Shown: positions 45,529 to 54,884, counted from the first letter of the stretch. The stretch: DNA of 64,000 nt from a virus (IMGVR_UViG_3300031993_006627:100347-164346); one strand, 5' to 3'. Translations and numbers: made by a program. The notes: generated by a model from the sequence alone, not told the origin.

Positions 45529-47591
45529 CGTCTGATCACGCAGATGTTCCGTCTGCGCATACATCAACAGCCTTGAAGCCAGAGATGTATGAACAAAGTT
45601 CTGAACTCACTGCGCCACCTCCCTGAAGGCTACGCTCTGTGCTCACTGGGACCGGGCCGCACAGCTATCCGGTCCCAGGAGCCCAATCGCCTACCCTTCA
45701 GGAGGAGTACTCGCAAGTTCGAGAATATAAAAGAAAAGAGACGAAATCAGCTGTTTGATTACGCCGGTGCTTCGCTGGCGCGTTCCACCATTGTCTTGAA
45801 GCAAGAGGGAGAACGTTCTGTTTTCCGTTTGCCTGTGGTTGACCTCTCTGCGCGAATTCCTAGTTGAAATTCGCAGCAGCTCGGCAACTACAGGCCGCTC
45901 AGAAAACATATAGAAACAGCACCAATTACCGTTTGACTGCATGGGTGATTCGCCCGTGCTGCCGACTGGTGTTTTGAAACCAGAAGGCAGATCTTGGACA
46001 AGCGCACAAAATGTTCATCAGACACTCGCTGCGCTCCTTGGTCTGATGAACTCCTTGTTCGTTATCCAAACTATCTGTAGAAACGGTACAATGCCGTCTG
46101 ACTGTTTGATCATGTCGGCGCTACGCCGGCACTCCGCATAGGTACTCACAATACCTGATGCTGGATGGAATCGAGAACTTATTCCCAGAAGGAGGAAGCG
46201 CTCCGCTCCTCGCGTCGCCTTCTACAAGGCTCCCAGGCTCGTCGTGGAGAGCTTCCCCTTCTGTTCCCAAGTTTTCTCATGTAGAAACAGTCTACCCGCA
46301 CTTATTGATTACGCGGCTGGTACGGCTGCGCGTCGTGATCCTGCGCTGAAGCAAGATATGACGTCTCCAGGATTGTCACCGGCGGAACCCTCCCGCCTTC
46401 CGACTCAGGCAAGCCTGAAGTCTACAGGCCGTCGCATCCGCCGGCCCCCAATCCTTGTCAATCAGAGTAAGTGCAACATGCGGTTGATTATGTCGGTGTT
46501 TCGCCGGCACGGTCCATTGGTATCTATACCAGAGAATCGAGCTCTTTGAGCCGCTCACGGCCCAGCTCGTGCTGCGGGACCGGGTTCCTTCGGACTCGGC
46601 TCCCGCAGCACGAGCAGGCAGTTCGCTCTCGTTGATCAAGAACCGCAAAAAACACAATCGACAGATTTGATCGTGTGGATGTTTCGTCCACATCTTCATC
46701 AGGTACCATGAAGAAAGAATCCACGGTCATATAACCGTAAGAAGTTGGCACTCTTACGGTCCCGTGACCAACGACTGCCGCATCCCCGTCCGCTCGCTTT
46801 ACGGGGATTAGCAGTCTCTCTTTGTAGAAATCTGTCAACCCGGCAATCTTGACTGCGCCGGTGCTTCGCCGGCGTCCCGAAAATTCCACCTCAAGTAGAA
46901 ATTTCCGGGAACGACTTACAAATTCCATCCCGGCGCCTTTGGATGGAATTCGCCGCGTTCTCTGCAGAAGATTGCTAAATCCATTCTCATTGAGTGCGCA
47001 GGTGATTCGCCTGCGTGGACGTCTGTGCCCTTAAAGCCAGAGTCTATAACGGAAAATTTCGTGAAGCTGCGACGCTGCACGGGAAATGCGCTTCTCGCCT
47101 TGCAGTACTCGCAAGCTGCGTTCTTCGGCTGCGATGCTATTTCCCAGTTTGCTAGCGCAGCTTCTCATAATTTCCTTTACAGAATGAGAACACACCAGGC
47201 CATTGATTACACGGATGCTTCGTCCGTGCTCTGTGCTGTCACATTGAAGCAAGAGAGATTTTCCTTACTCGTAGCTTTACGAGCTGGAATGCGTTCCCCA
47301 TTACAGCTCGCTAAGCTCCGTCGTCGGAGCTCCGTAACCGACGACGGCGTTTAGACAAGCTATAATGGTAGTTTAGAAGACCTGGTCATATCAGTGACTT
47401 TGATCCTGCCGGATGCTTCGTCCGGCTCCAGGTTTACCTCCATCAAAGGAGAAACTCTGGATACTATGACTCATCGCCACGCCGTGATCAACACTCACGC
47501 TGCTTGCCCCAGCATTCTGCTGGAGATCCAAGCAGCGCCTCGCGTTGATCCCTTGGCAGGCGATGCTCTATATTATCTTTCAGAAAGTCAC
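45526..47591 (+). ncRNA. Tandem array of 11 structured ncRNA units (retron msr-msd-like architecture)
   Basis: Units: 45526-45746, 45750-45920, 45927-46088, 46100-46292, 46298-46474, 46479-46647, 46660-46836, 46842-46976, 46984-47190, 47195-47385, 47394-47591. Closing helices and 6-bp hairpins covary. Conserved TTGAYYR, YGNTWCG and AGAA motifs. G:U wobbles fall on the + strand. Confidence 0.88.
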
Positions 47592-48049
47592 TTTTTGAGC
47601 GACGCATTAAAAGCCGCCAGTCGGTCCTGCTCCGCCTTCCATGCGAGATCAGCAGCGATCTGAGACTGTGCGGTGGGTGCGTTGTTCGTGCGGCCCCGTT
47701 CCACGAAGTCGAGAACATCCTTCGGCACCTCTATGCCTGCGTGCCGGCGCGAGTCGGCAGCTTCCATGATCTTGGCACGGAAGTCGTGCAGGATGTCGCC
47801 GAGTTCATCCCAGCCCCTGGTACCTGCGCGGATGAGCCCGTCGTACATCTCACAGATGTGGTAGTATTTATCCACAGCCTTTTCAAGCGGGATGATGTAG
47901 TCACGCATCTTTCCGTGTGCGCCACAAAGGACAACGTCGTAGCCACGCACAGCGAAGCCTGCGAACCCGTGAAACACCATGGCGGCCCCGTTAAGGCTGT
48001 CATAGACATCTTCACCAGTGTGGGATTTCTTTCCTTGGATGATTGCCAT
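47588..48049 (-). CDS. Hypothetical protein downstream of terminase; stop codon overlaps the last array unit
   Basis: AAGGAG RBS; 153 aa. Confidence 0.65.
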   Translation of the reverse strand: MAIIQGKKSHTGEDVYDSLNGAAMVFHGFAGFAVRGYDVVLCGAHGKMRDYIIPLEKAVDKYYHICEMYDGLIRAGTRGWDELGDILHDFRAKIMEAADSRRHAGIEVPKDVLDFVERGRTNNAPTAQSQIAADLAWKAEQDRLAAFNASLKK

Positions 48050-48064
48050 GTTTTGCTCCTTTAA

Positions 48065-49924
48065 TTAGTAAGGCATGTCACTCTCTACGATACTGGCACG
48101 AAGGTTCACGGCGTTCTCGAAACGTTCCCAGTCTCCACGGGGACCGAACTGTTCGTCCGGCAGGATCTGCTGGTTGTTTTCGTCGAAGTCCAGAATGGAG
48201 GCATCGTACCTTGAGCCGATTGCGGGGTAGGCTCCGAAATGGTCCCAGATCTGGGAGCAGCCGAAGTTGACAGCATGAGCAAAGTCATCTGGCACTCCGG
48301 GCTTCTTGATGATCAGGATAACCGTCTCATTTCCCAGAGACTGTCTGGGATCCTCGCGCAGTGCCAGGAAATCTCGCTGGTATGCCTGCTCGTCGTCCGG
48401 CTTGAACGGCCGGAGGCGAATTCTGTTGGATTTGATCGCCATGATGCAGACAGCCAGCGAGCGGCTCTTGTCGATGTTGTAGTAGTACATATCCGGTTCA
48501 CGTATAGCGTCGCGCTTCTGCATGACGTCGCCGCTGTGCGGCCTTACGTAGTCCATCGGAGTGATGATCAACTGTTTCGTCATAGAGTGCAACCCCTGGT
48601 GTTTCATGATCTCCAGCCTGGTGAAACCGGCGCCGTGATTGTCGTATGCGAATGCGTCAGCATGGGTACCGTGAAGCCAGTACAGGATTTCGTCAGCTTC
48701 TTCCGTCGGCGTAGCTCCCTTGGGGATTCTTTTCCCGTAGAGCACGTCGATGACGTCGCTGTCCTGCCGCAGCCCCAGCACTGCATAGGCAGTATAGGAA
48801 TCGGAGATCATGCCGCCGCCGGACCAGTCAACCCCGACGGTGATATGGCGATACTGCCACGCGACACGCAATACATCATCCGGTGTCTGGACGTCCACTT
48901 CATTGCCTTCTTCATCCTTGGGTGTGAACGTGGCTTTCTGGAGATCAGCCATGGTGAGAGGACTCGTGGCGGCGTCATACGGCCAGCCGAATACTTCGTT
49001 ATAGAGTGTCTGCTGATCGTAAGAGTTGACTTTTGCCAGCAGCTGGTTCCACTTGTGCTGATTGATCATGTGCAACGGATGAACGGACTGCGAGAGATGG
49101 TATCCTGGGAAGGAGTGCATCCTTTCAGCGATAGCATGGACCCAGCCACCATGCTGCGGGAAGATGTCTTTGCCACACTTCGCGCAGATAGGTCCATGCT
49201 TGCCAATCATCTTAACCAGGTCGTTCTCCGGGTTAGGAACGTTATAAGTTCCACAGTGCAAGCACTTTATGATCCATTCAGCCTGGCTGGAACGATTCCA
49301 GAGCAAACCAAGCGTGGTATCAGTGGTTTTCGGCGTTCCCGTATAAACGGAAAATCCCCAGAACAGTGATGCGGACATGACTTCGGCAGCGATGTCGAGG
49401 AACTCGTATTCAACGTCCTGGACCTCGTCGACGCCCACACTCGCAGCGCCGGAGATACCACGGATGCGGTCCGCGCTCTCGAACATGTGCTCGGCATAGC
49501 ACATGCTCCCGGAGCGGAATTCCCGCAGCGCCAACTTCGTTCGTTCCGTGCTGGTGATGAACTCGTCGATGATCGGGCACGAGTTCAACAGAGGCTTGTA
49601 CACAGTGCTTATCAGTCGCTGGATCTGGTCAGCCCGTGGCTGGATGAGCACAGTGTGATAGAATGGGATGAGCATGTTCCGCAGACCCATGCTGGAACAG
49701 TTGGCGTAAGACTTGCCAAGCTGACGGGCAAGCATGTACAGGCTGTGCGATGGCTGCACGGTCGCGTACATCGGCGCAAGCTGATAATGCAGCCTCAGGT
49801 TCATCGGTTTCCCGTTCAACCGAAAAAGACAGAGATATGGAATCAGGGTCTTCAGTTCACCTGATCGTATCCGCTTGTAACCTTCCGCAAAGGTTTCCCG
49901 GAGTTTCGGGGTAAGTTGTGGCAT
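48065..49924 (-). CDS. terL: Terminase large subunit (GpA-type with Zn-finger)
   Basis: Walker A RQLGKS; Walker B VGVDEVQD; GTPK coupling motif; CLHC/CAKC; nuclease VGVDWSGGG and PDDFAHA; GGAGG RBS. Confidence 0.92.
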   Translation of the reverse strand: MPQLTPKLRETFAEGYKRIRSGELKTLIPYLCLFRLNGKPMNLRLHYQLAPMYATVQPSHSLYMLARQLGKSYANCSSMGLRNMLIPFYHTVLIQPRADQIQRLISTVYKPLLNSCPIIDEFITSTERTKLALREFRSGSMCYAEHMFESADRIRGISGAASVGVDEVQDVEYEFLDIAAEVMSASLFWGFSVYTGTPKTTDTTLGLLWNRSSQAEWIIKCLHCGTYNVPNPENDLVKMIGKHGPICAKCGKDIFPQHGGWVHAIAERMHSFPGYHLSQSVHPLHMINQHKWNQLLAKVNSYDQQTLYNEVFGWPYDAATSPLTMADLQKATFTPKDEEGNEVDVQTPDDVLRVAWQYRHITVGVDWSGGGMISDSYTAYAVLGLRQDSDVIDVLYGKRIPKGATPTEEADEILYWLHGTHADAFAYDNHGAGFTRLEIMKHQGLHSMTKQLIITPMDYVRPHSGDVMQKRDAIREPDMYYYNIDKSRSLAVCIMAIKSNRIRLRPFKPDDEQAYQRDFLALREDPRQSLGNETVILIIKKPGVPDDFAHAVNFGCSQIWDHFGAYPAIGSRYDASILDFDENNQQILPDEQFGPRGDWERFENAVNLRASIVESDMPY

Positions 49925-50151
49925 GGGACGCCTCCATGAAATTGAGTATTGACGTTCCCCTTACAGTAAGACAACACAAGGAGGACGACATGCTTGTTCA
50001 GGCGCAGAAATACCTTAGGTTCAAACATTTGATTCCGGCCGACAGATACCTGAAGAAAGATTCTTTCGGAACATCCAGAACGCAGGAGCGGAGGAGGCCG
50101 CCCAGAACGGATGTCGTGTCGGCGCCGAAACGTGCCAAATTAACATAAGGT

Positions 50152-50565
50152 ATGCTCAAGCAATTATCTATGTCAGTTCGTATCATGATCGCAATAAAAC
50201 TGGCTGTATTTTCCATGGCTATCGCATTTTTTCCCGAAGTCATATGGTTAGCCGGTGTTATTATGGTTATGAAAATTATCAAGGGTATAACAAGCACTGG
50301 GAAAAAGCGGGATATACATCCTGCACTTCTGGAGCTGTTTGCTTTTGGTTTTGCATTGCTATTTTTTGTACTAGTAGATGCATGGGTTTATAAGATTTTT
50401 GTTGCCCTTGTATATCTTGTAACATTTATGCTTCCGTTAGATATCATTGATGTTATTCGAGTAATCATGGAAAACAGAAACCAAGACACCAATTCCGATG
50501 CACAAATGGTACAATATAAAGCAGGCAATACGACCATTTACAACGCAGAAATAGTCGACGACTGA
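50152..50565 (+). CDS. Multi-pass membrane protein (AT-rich)
   Basis: About four hydrophobic segments. Confidence 0.6.
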   Translation: MLKQLSMSVRIMIAIKLAVFSMAIAFFPEVIWLAGVIMVMKIIKGITSTGKKRDIHPALLELFAFGFALLFFVLVDAWVYKIFVALVYLVTFMLPLDIIDVIRVIMENRNQDTNSDAQMVQYKAGNTTIYNAEIVDD

Positions 50566-50586
50566 CTTGGCAAACAACCGTTAACC

Positions 50587-50620
50587 AGCCCTGCCGGGAG
50601 CAATTCCGGTGGGGCTTTTT
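50587..50620 (+). terminator. Rho-independent terminator
   Basis: AGCCCTGCCGG...CCGGTGGGGCT followed by TTTT. Confidence 0.65.
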
Positions 50621-50635
50621 CATGAAAGGGGACAG

Positions 50636-50878
50636 ATGAAGCTGAAAACAATCGACCCAAGAATAGGTCCGGAAATCAGCGAACTGTTGAAGAAACTCAA
50701 CAAATACTGCCGGAAGCCGGTATGCGACGAATTCTCACAAGACTGTCAGGCATGCGACTTGCGCTACACGGCAAAAGGCAATTATTCCGATGGTCCTGGA
50801 GGCATGGAATGTGACAGTGTTCATACCTGCCTGAAGGAAGCTCTCAAACACGCAAAGAAAGGAAATACAAATGGCTGA
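50636..50878 (+). CDS. Small Cys-rich hypothetical protein
   Basis: RBS, coupling. Confidence 0.5.
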   Translation: MKLKTIDPRIGPEISELLKKLNKYCRKPVCDEFSQDCQACDLRYTAKGNYSDGPGGMECDSVHTCLKEALKHAKKGNTNG

Positions 50879-51086
50879 TGTTAAATTCACCTGTCAGTGC
50901 TCGAAAGGGCACTGCGAATTCCATGTCGATGACGAGGACGTGCGTCCCCAGGATTTCATCGACGAATTTAACCGCCAGGGCTGCCCTGGCCGCGTGGATC
51001 CGTGCTTCGTCGTCAGCTGCGATGAGCCGGACTGGAAATACGATTCCAAGGGTGTAGAAATCTATCACGAGGACGACGATGAGTGA
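50871..51086 (+). CDS. Small Cys-rich hypothetical protein
   Basis: RBS, coupling. Confidence 0.5.
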   Translation: MADVKFTCQCSKGHCEFHVDDEDVRPQDFIDEFNRQGCPGRVDPCFVVSCDEPDWKYDSKGVEIYHEDDDE

Positions 51087-51513
51087 TTATCTCATACGCG
51101 AATACACCACGACGGATGACCGGATCGTCCGTGTGTACCAGGATGACGACTACGGGGACCCGCTAAAAGACGAGATGCTCGATCCCGAAACGCGCAAAGA
51201 GATGCACGAATTGTGGGTCGAGGGCAAAGTCTTCAGAACGGAGGTGTTCCCCAGGGACATCAAGCTGCTGGACTACGAGAACGGCATCAATGTCGAGTTC
51301 ATGGGCGGCTTCTTTGGCGAGGATGGACCAGAGTCCTATTATCCGAACGTCGAGCTCTATGAGGTGGAAACACTGATGGAGAACGACGAATACCACTGGA
51401 GCGTTCTGTATGATTTTCACGTGGGTGAAGGCTGGACCAGATCCAAGGAGTTCACCGACTGGGAAGAGATGACGGCGTTCCTGAAATCACTCCAGGGAAG
51501 GAGCAAGCAATGA
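51079..51513 (+). CDS. Hypothetical protein
   Basis: Coupled ORF. Confidence 0.55.
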   Translation: MSDYLIREYTTTDDRIVRVYQDDDYGDPLKDEMLDPETRKEMHELWVEGKVFRTEVFPRDIKLLDYENGINVEFMGGFFGEDGPESYYPNVELYEVETLMENDEYHWSVLYDFHVGEGWTRSKEFTDWEEMTAFLKSLQGRSKQ

Positions 51514-51779
51514 GTGAGTTTGATGATGCTGTCAAAGAGGCAGCGGAGCTCGCTGTCCAGAAACATAATATCGAAGAACAGCTCGACCAAGTCGAGGAGA
51601 AAATACACCAGGTATTTCAAGTGATGGACAAGAGCTTCGAGCACGGCAAAAAGTGGCAAGTCAAACAAGGTGAAAGAACAATCGACCTGTGCTTCTCTAT
51701 CTCGATGGACGGTACACATGCTTGCCGTATCGACGTCCATGACGGAGAAAAACGAGTCGGCTTCACCTGGCTACATTAG
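51510..51779 (+). CDS. Hypothetical protein
   Basis: ATGA coupling. Confidence 0.55.
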   Translation: MSEFDDAVKEAAELAVQKHNIEEQLDQVEEKIHQVFQVMDKSFEHGKKWQVKQGERTIDLCFSISMDGTHACRIDVHDGEKRVGFTWLH

Positions 51780-51788
51780 GAGGTACCA

Positions 51789-52133
51789 ATGCCTAAACTC
51801 AGAGAAGTCTTCAACCCGAAGAAGGGTGAGAAGTTCTGGATGATGTATGCCGGAAAGCCTGTCGAGGCAACCGTAATATCGCCACCAAAATGGCCGAATC
51901 AGGAAGACTGGCACGTGTCTGTGCCTGGTCATCCTGAGAAAGAATGGGCGTACTTCTGGAACATGTTTCCGACCCGAAAAGAATGCCTGGAACATCACGT
52001 CCAGAGTGAGCAGAGATCCATCGAGTACTGCAAGGAACGTGTCTCGCAGTACAAGGAACTTCTGAAGGAAGCCAAGAAGTGGCATGCAACGTGGAGCAAG
52101 ATGCTCCAGGAGGAGATCAATGGAAATCAATAA
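51789..52133 (+). CDS. GDxVW...FxTxEEA family protein
   Basis: KGEKFW...MFPTRKECL plus coiled coil. Confidence 0.55.
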   Translation: MPKLREVFNPKKGEKFWMMYAGKPVEATVISPPKWPNQEDWHVSVPGHPEKEWAYFWNMFPTRKECLEHHVQSEQRSIEYCKERVSQYKELLKEAKKWHATWSKMLQEEINGNQ

Positions 52134-52422
52134 AATTGAGGATTTACGTACTATTCTTGTGGATTACAACACAATCTGCGCCAGAATCTGTAAAATTCTG
52201 CAAGATAAAGACATGGCTAATCTGGACAAACAGGGCTATGTCATGTCATGGGGATTCTGGACAGAAAAGGAAACAGGTGTTGAGTACATCGTTGCCCGCT
52301 ATCAGGACTATGTCTTACAGGACAATTATCTCTTGCGTCCGGAGTGGCTGTTCATGCCTATTGAAGATGTTCGCGTCGCTTGGAAAGAGCGTATGGATAA
52401 TATCAAGAAAGGAGAACGATGA
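52120..52422 (+). CDS. FPAKYL-family hypothetical protein
   Basis: LRPEWLFMPIEDV. Confidence 0.5.
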   Translation: MEINKIEDLRTILVDYNTICARICKILQDKDMANLDKQGYVMSWGFWTEKETGVEYIVARYQDYVLQDNYLLRPEWLFMPIEDVRVAWKERMDNIKKGER

Positions 52423-52676
52423 ACTACAAAAACCTACTTGATCTCCTGGAGTACGACCAGGTGCAGATCGGCACGACCAAAAGTGGCCGCTGCGTCCAGA
52501 AACAGAAGGGCGGCAATGGTACCAAGCAGCTTCAGATTGCGCACCTGAAAACCGATGCCGGCGAAGAGATCCATGTCAACTATAACAGGGTACAGAAAAA
52601 GTCCTTGTGGCAGAGGCTGTGCGGATGGTTCGCCGGCGAAAAACCAACTGGAAACTACAGAAAGGAAAACAAATGA
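52419..52676 (+). CDS. Hypothetical protein
   Basis: Coupled ORF. Confidence 0.5.
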   Translation: MNYKNLLDLLEYDQVQIGTTKSGRCVQKQKGGNGTKQLQIAHLKTDAGEEIHVNYNRVQKKSLWQRLCGWFAGEKPTGNYRKENK

Positions 52677-52864
52677 CTGAGCAACAACATAACCGTCTGT
52701 TGGTCCACATGGCAGAAGCTGTGCTGGAACTCCATGAGAACCTCCAGAAGATCTTCGGGAACTCTGATCTACAGGACTGGGCGCATGATCGCCTGGAGAA
52801 GACCGTGAAGGACATCAACGGAACTTCCGAGTTCAACGTTGAGGATCTGGACAATGACTACTGA
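52673..52864 (+). CDS. Hypothetical protein
   Basis: Coupled ORF. Confidence 0.5.
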   Translation: MTEQQHNRLLVHMAEAVLELHENLQKIFGNSDLQDWAHDRLEKTVKDINGTSEFNVEDLDNDY

Positions 52865-53114
52865 CAATCAGCCGAATCTGCCGACGCCTGAACAGTGGGA
52901 ACCTGTGCGGGATGCTTTGGAATGCGCCGCACGTGCCTATTGGGAACAGCAGTTTGATGACTTCTGGGACTACATGCTCGATGACACCGAGCTGGAGCTT
53001 GCGAAGATCGTCAGGGACTATTTCCCTGAGATGGACGCCAAGTGCAAACAGCAGGCGAAAGAGCGTGTGGAGGAAATGGAGGATGCCTGTCGCCCTCTGG
53101 AGGAAGAACAATGA
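52854..53114 (+). CDS. Hypothetical protein
   Basis: Coupled ORF. Confidence 0.5.
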   Translation: MTTDNQPNLPTPEQWEPVRDALECAARAYWEQQFDDFWDYMLDDTELELAKIVRDYFPEMDAKCKQQAKERVEEMEDACRPLEEEQ

Positions 53115-53572
53115 GCGAAAAAATCACAATCGGTTCCTGCAAGAACTACGAAGAGTTCCAGGAAATGATGTCCAACTGGCGTGCTACAGCAGATCGCATC
53201 TACGAGGTTATACAGACTCTGCCAGATGACGACAATAAGCATATTGTCAGTATCATTGAATGGGACTTCAGACAGCGGAGTGATAATGATCCAGAGTATA
53301 TCATTCATGCAAAGTGTCTCTGGCAGGGCACGGATAGCTGCATGGCTGTGAGCTGGGCATTCCCTGCCAAATATCTGTTCATGTCAGACGCTGAAATTCT
53401 CGCTGATTGCAATCGTAGAAAAGAAGAGAAGGAAGCCTGCGAGCGTGAGAGGCAGAAACAACAACTAGCCGTTCAGGAGCAGATGCAGTACGAAACGTAT
53501 CGGCGCCTGAAAGAGGTCTACGAAGGAAAGGAGGCAGTCGATGGACTCCCTGAGAAGTCTCCAAACCTATAA
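53111..53572 (+). CDS. FPAKYL-family hypothetical protein
   Basis: FPAKYLFMS...YRRLKEVYE. Confidence 0.55.
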   Translation: MSEKITIGSCKNYEEFQEMMSNWRATADRIYEVIQTLPDDDNKHIVSIIEWDFRQRSDNDPEYIIHAKCLWQGTDSCMAVSWAFPAKYLFMSDAEILADCNRRKEEKEACERERQKQQLAVQEQMQYETYRRLKEVYEGKEAVDGLPEKSPNL

Positions 53573-54143
53573 GATCCCTGAAAACTTCGAGGAGCTCACT
53601 CAGCTCTCGAAAATCTGGGATGAGCTCAGCGAGCGTGTTCTCGATATCGCGCAGGAGATAGGTCTTGTGCGCAGTATGAGTGTATTCCTGGAATCCTGGG
53701 CTCCGCAGGAGCGCGATGGTGAGCAAATAATCGGCTTCTCATATTCGGAGACCTTCAGGGGTGAGACCGACTATGACAGCGATGACTTCCCCGCAAAGTA
53801 CTTGTGGATGTCCATTGAGGATATCAGGGAGGATTGGGCCGAGCGCAGAGAGCGTAAGCGCCAGGAGGAAGAGAAGCGTCTGCGGGCAGAAAAGTGCAAG
53901 CGAGACGCTGAACAGTTCCGGAAGGACTACGAGCGCTACCAGGAGCTGAAAGCCAGATTCGAGTGCATGGATAAATCCGTAGGCACCCCTGAGGAGTGCT
54001 GCGGGACATGCGGACACAAGATCTGGGGCGCCGGCCCGAAAGACGACGGCTACCTGATCTGCACCGACAAGAATGAAGTCAGAACCAGGGAATCGGTGTG
54101 CCTTGACTGGGTACCAGAAAAGGAGAAACCAAATGACCAATAA
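53541..54143 (+). CDS. FPAKYL-family protein with C-terminal Cys domain
   Basis: FPAKYLWMS...YQELKARFE...CCGTC. Confidence 0.55.
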   Translation: MDSLRSLQTYKIPENFEELTQLSKIWDELSERVLDIAQEIGLVRSMSVFLESWAPQERDGEQIIGFSYSETFRGETDYDSDDFPAKYLWMSIEDIREDWAERRERKRQEEEKRLRAEKCKRDAEQFRKDYERYQELKARFECMDKSVGTPEECCGTCGHKIWGAGPKDDGYLICTDKNEVRTRESVCLDWVPEKEKPNDQ

Positions 54144-54513
54144 CCCTACATATGGAGCAGATCTCATGTCCGACTTTTGCAGAATCCTCATCCGGGGCAG
54201 CCATTCTGTAGCAGCTTTCCAGCGGCTCTACGAGAGCTGGAAAGCGGAACGGGAAGAGGATCAGTTTGCTCGCTACCTCTCCGGGCTGCCACGTACTGTA
54301 TGTGTCCAGCCTCCCTATAATCTTGCGCTGGAGGAGCATGCTACACCTACATCAGTTGTTGTGTGGCTGTACAGAACCACGGGTACCATGAAAGACACAC
54401 TGGAGCTGTTCAAGGAACACCTGATTGCCTACGGTATTCTCAACTATGATCTGGACCTAAGGAATTGTATTCCGGCCAAGCCGGATCCTGTTGTACATGC
54501 GAGGTTCAAATGA
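54133..54513 (+). CDS. Hypothetical protein
   Basis: AGGAG RBS. Confidence 0.5.
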   Translation: MTNNPTYGADLMSDFCRILIRGSHSVAAFQRLYESWKAEREEDQFARYLSGLPRTVCVQPPYNLALEEHATPTSVVVWLYRTTGTMKDTLELFKEHLIAYGILNYDLDLRNCIPAKPDPVVHARFK

Positions 54514-54884
54514 CCAAGGAAACTGAACAGCTATTCGATGCACCGTGGGAGGATGCCTCCTACAGCGTCGAAGATATGTCGTACTTCGACATTAAGGATG
54601 CACATGGGCAAGTATTTTGCTCTTGCTGGGTGCAGTACTACACGTCGAAGGAGAAGCCCGGTATCGACGAGGATGCTGCGGAGAAGACCATGAACCGCAT
54701 TCTACGTCTGCCTGAGCTCTACGACGCTCTGATGGACGCTGCGGTCCAGTTCTGTCCGGATGCATTCCTCACCAACGATGAGTGTCGGCTCTGCCCCAAG
54801 GAACAATGCAAAGGCCGCGAGTGGATCGAGCTTTTGCGGAAAGTGAGGAATGGGGAAGGTGTGTCAGAAACAGACAAAAACTGA
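54510..54884 (+). CDS. Hypothetical protein
   Basis: ATGA coupling. Confidence 0.5.
   Translation: MTKETEQLFDAPWEDASYSVEDMSYFDIKDAHGQVFCSCWVQYYTSKEKPGIDEDAAEKTMNRILRLPELYDALMDAAVQFCPDAFLTNDECRLCPKEQCKGREWIELLRKVRNGEGVSETDKN

Noticed and set aside
45750-47260. Kissing interaction between the TGCTTC loop and GAAGCA (pRNA-like hand-in-hand pairing)
   Set aside because: The match is perfect only in units 2 and 10. Other units show no covariation, and GAAGCA is partly paired within hairpin 2.
45526-47591. CRISPR array, TIGR array or type III antitoxin (ToxI-like) repeat interpretation
   Set aside because: There are no near-identical direct repeats. Units are 135-221 nt and conserved in structure rather than sequence. 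No cas, Nop-domain or ToxN-like gene is recognisable in the window.
45526-47591. Hammerhead ribozyme or box C/D reading of TGAYYR...AGAA
   Set aside because: CUGANGA and the GAAA directly after stem II are absent. The K-turn 3-nt bulge and a CUGA box D are also missing.
45589-47718. Short ORFs over the array on both strands
   Set aside because: No RBS, Arg/Ser/Pro-rich non-protein-like composition, and mutually overlapping. The RNA structure explains the region better.
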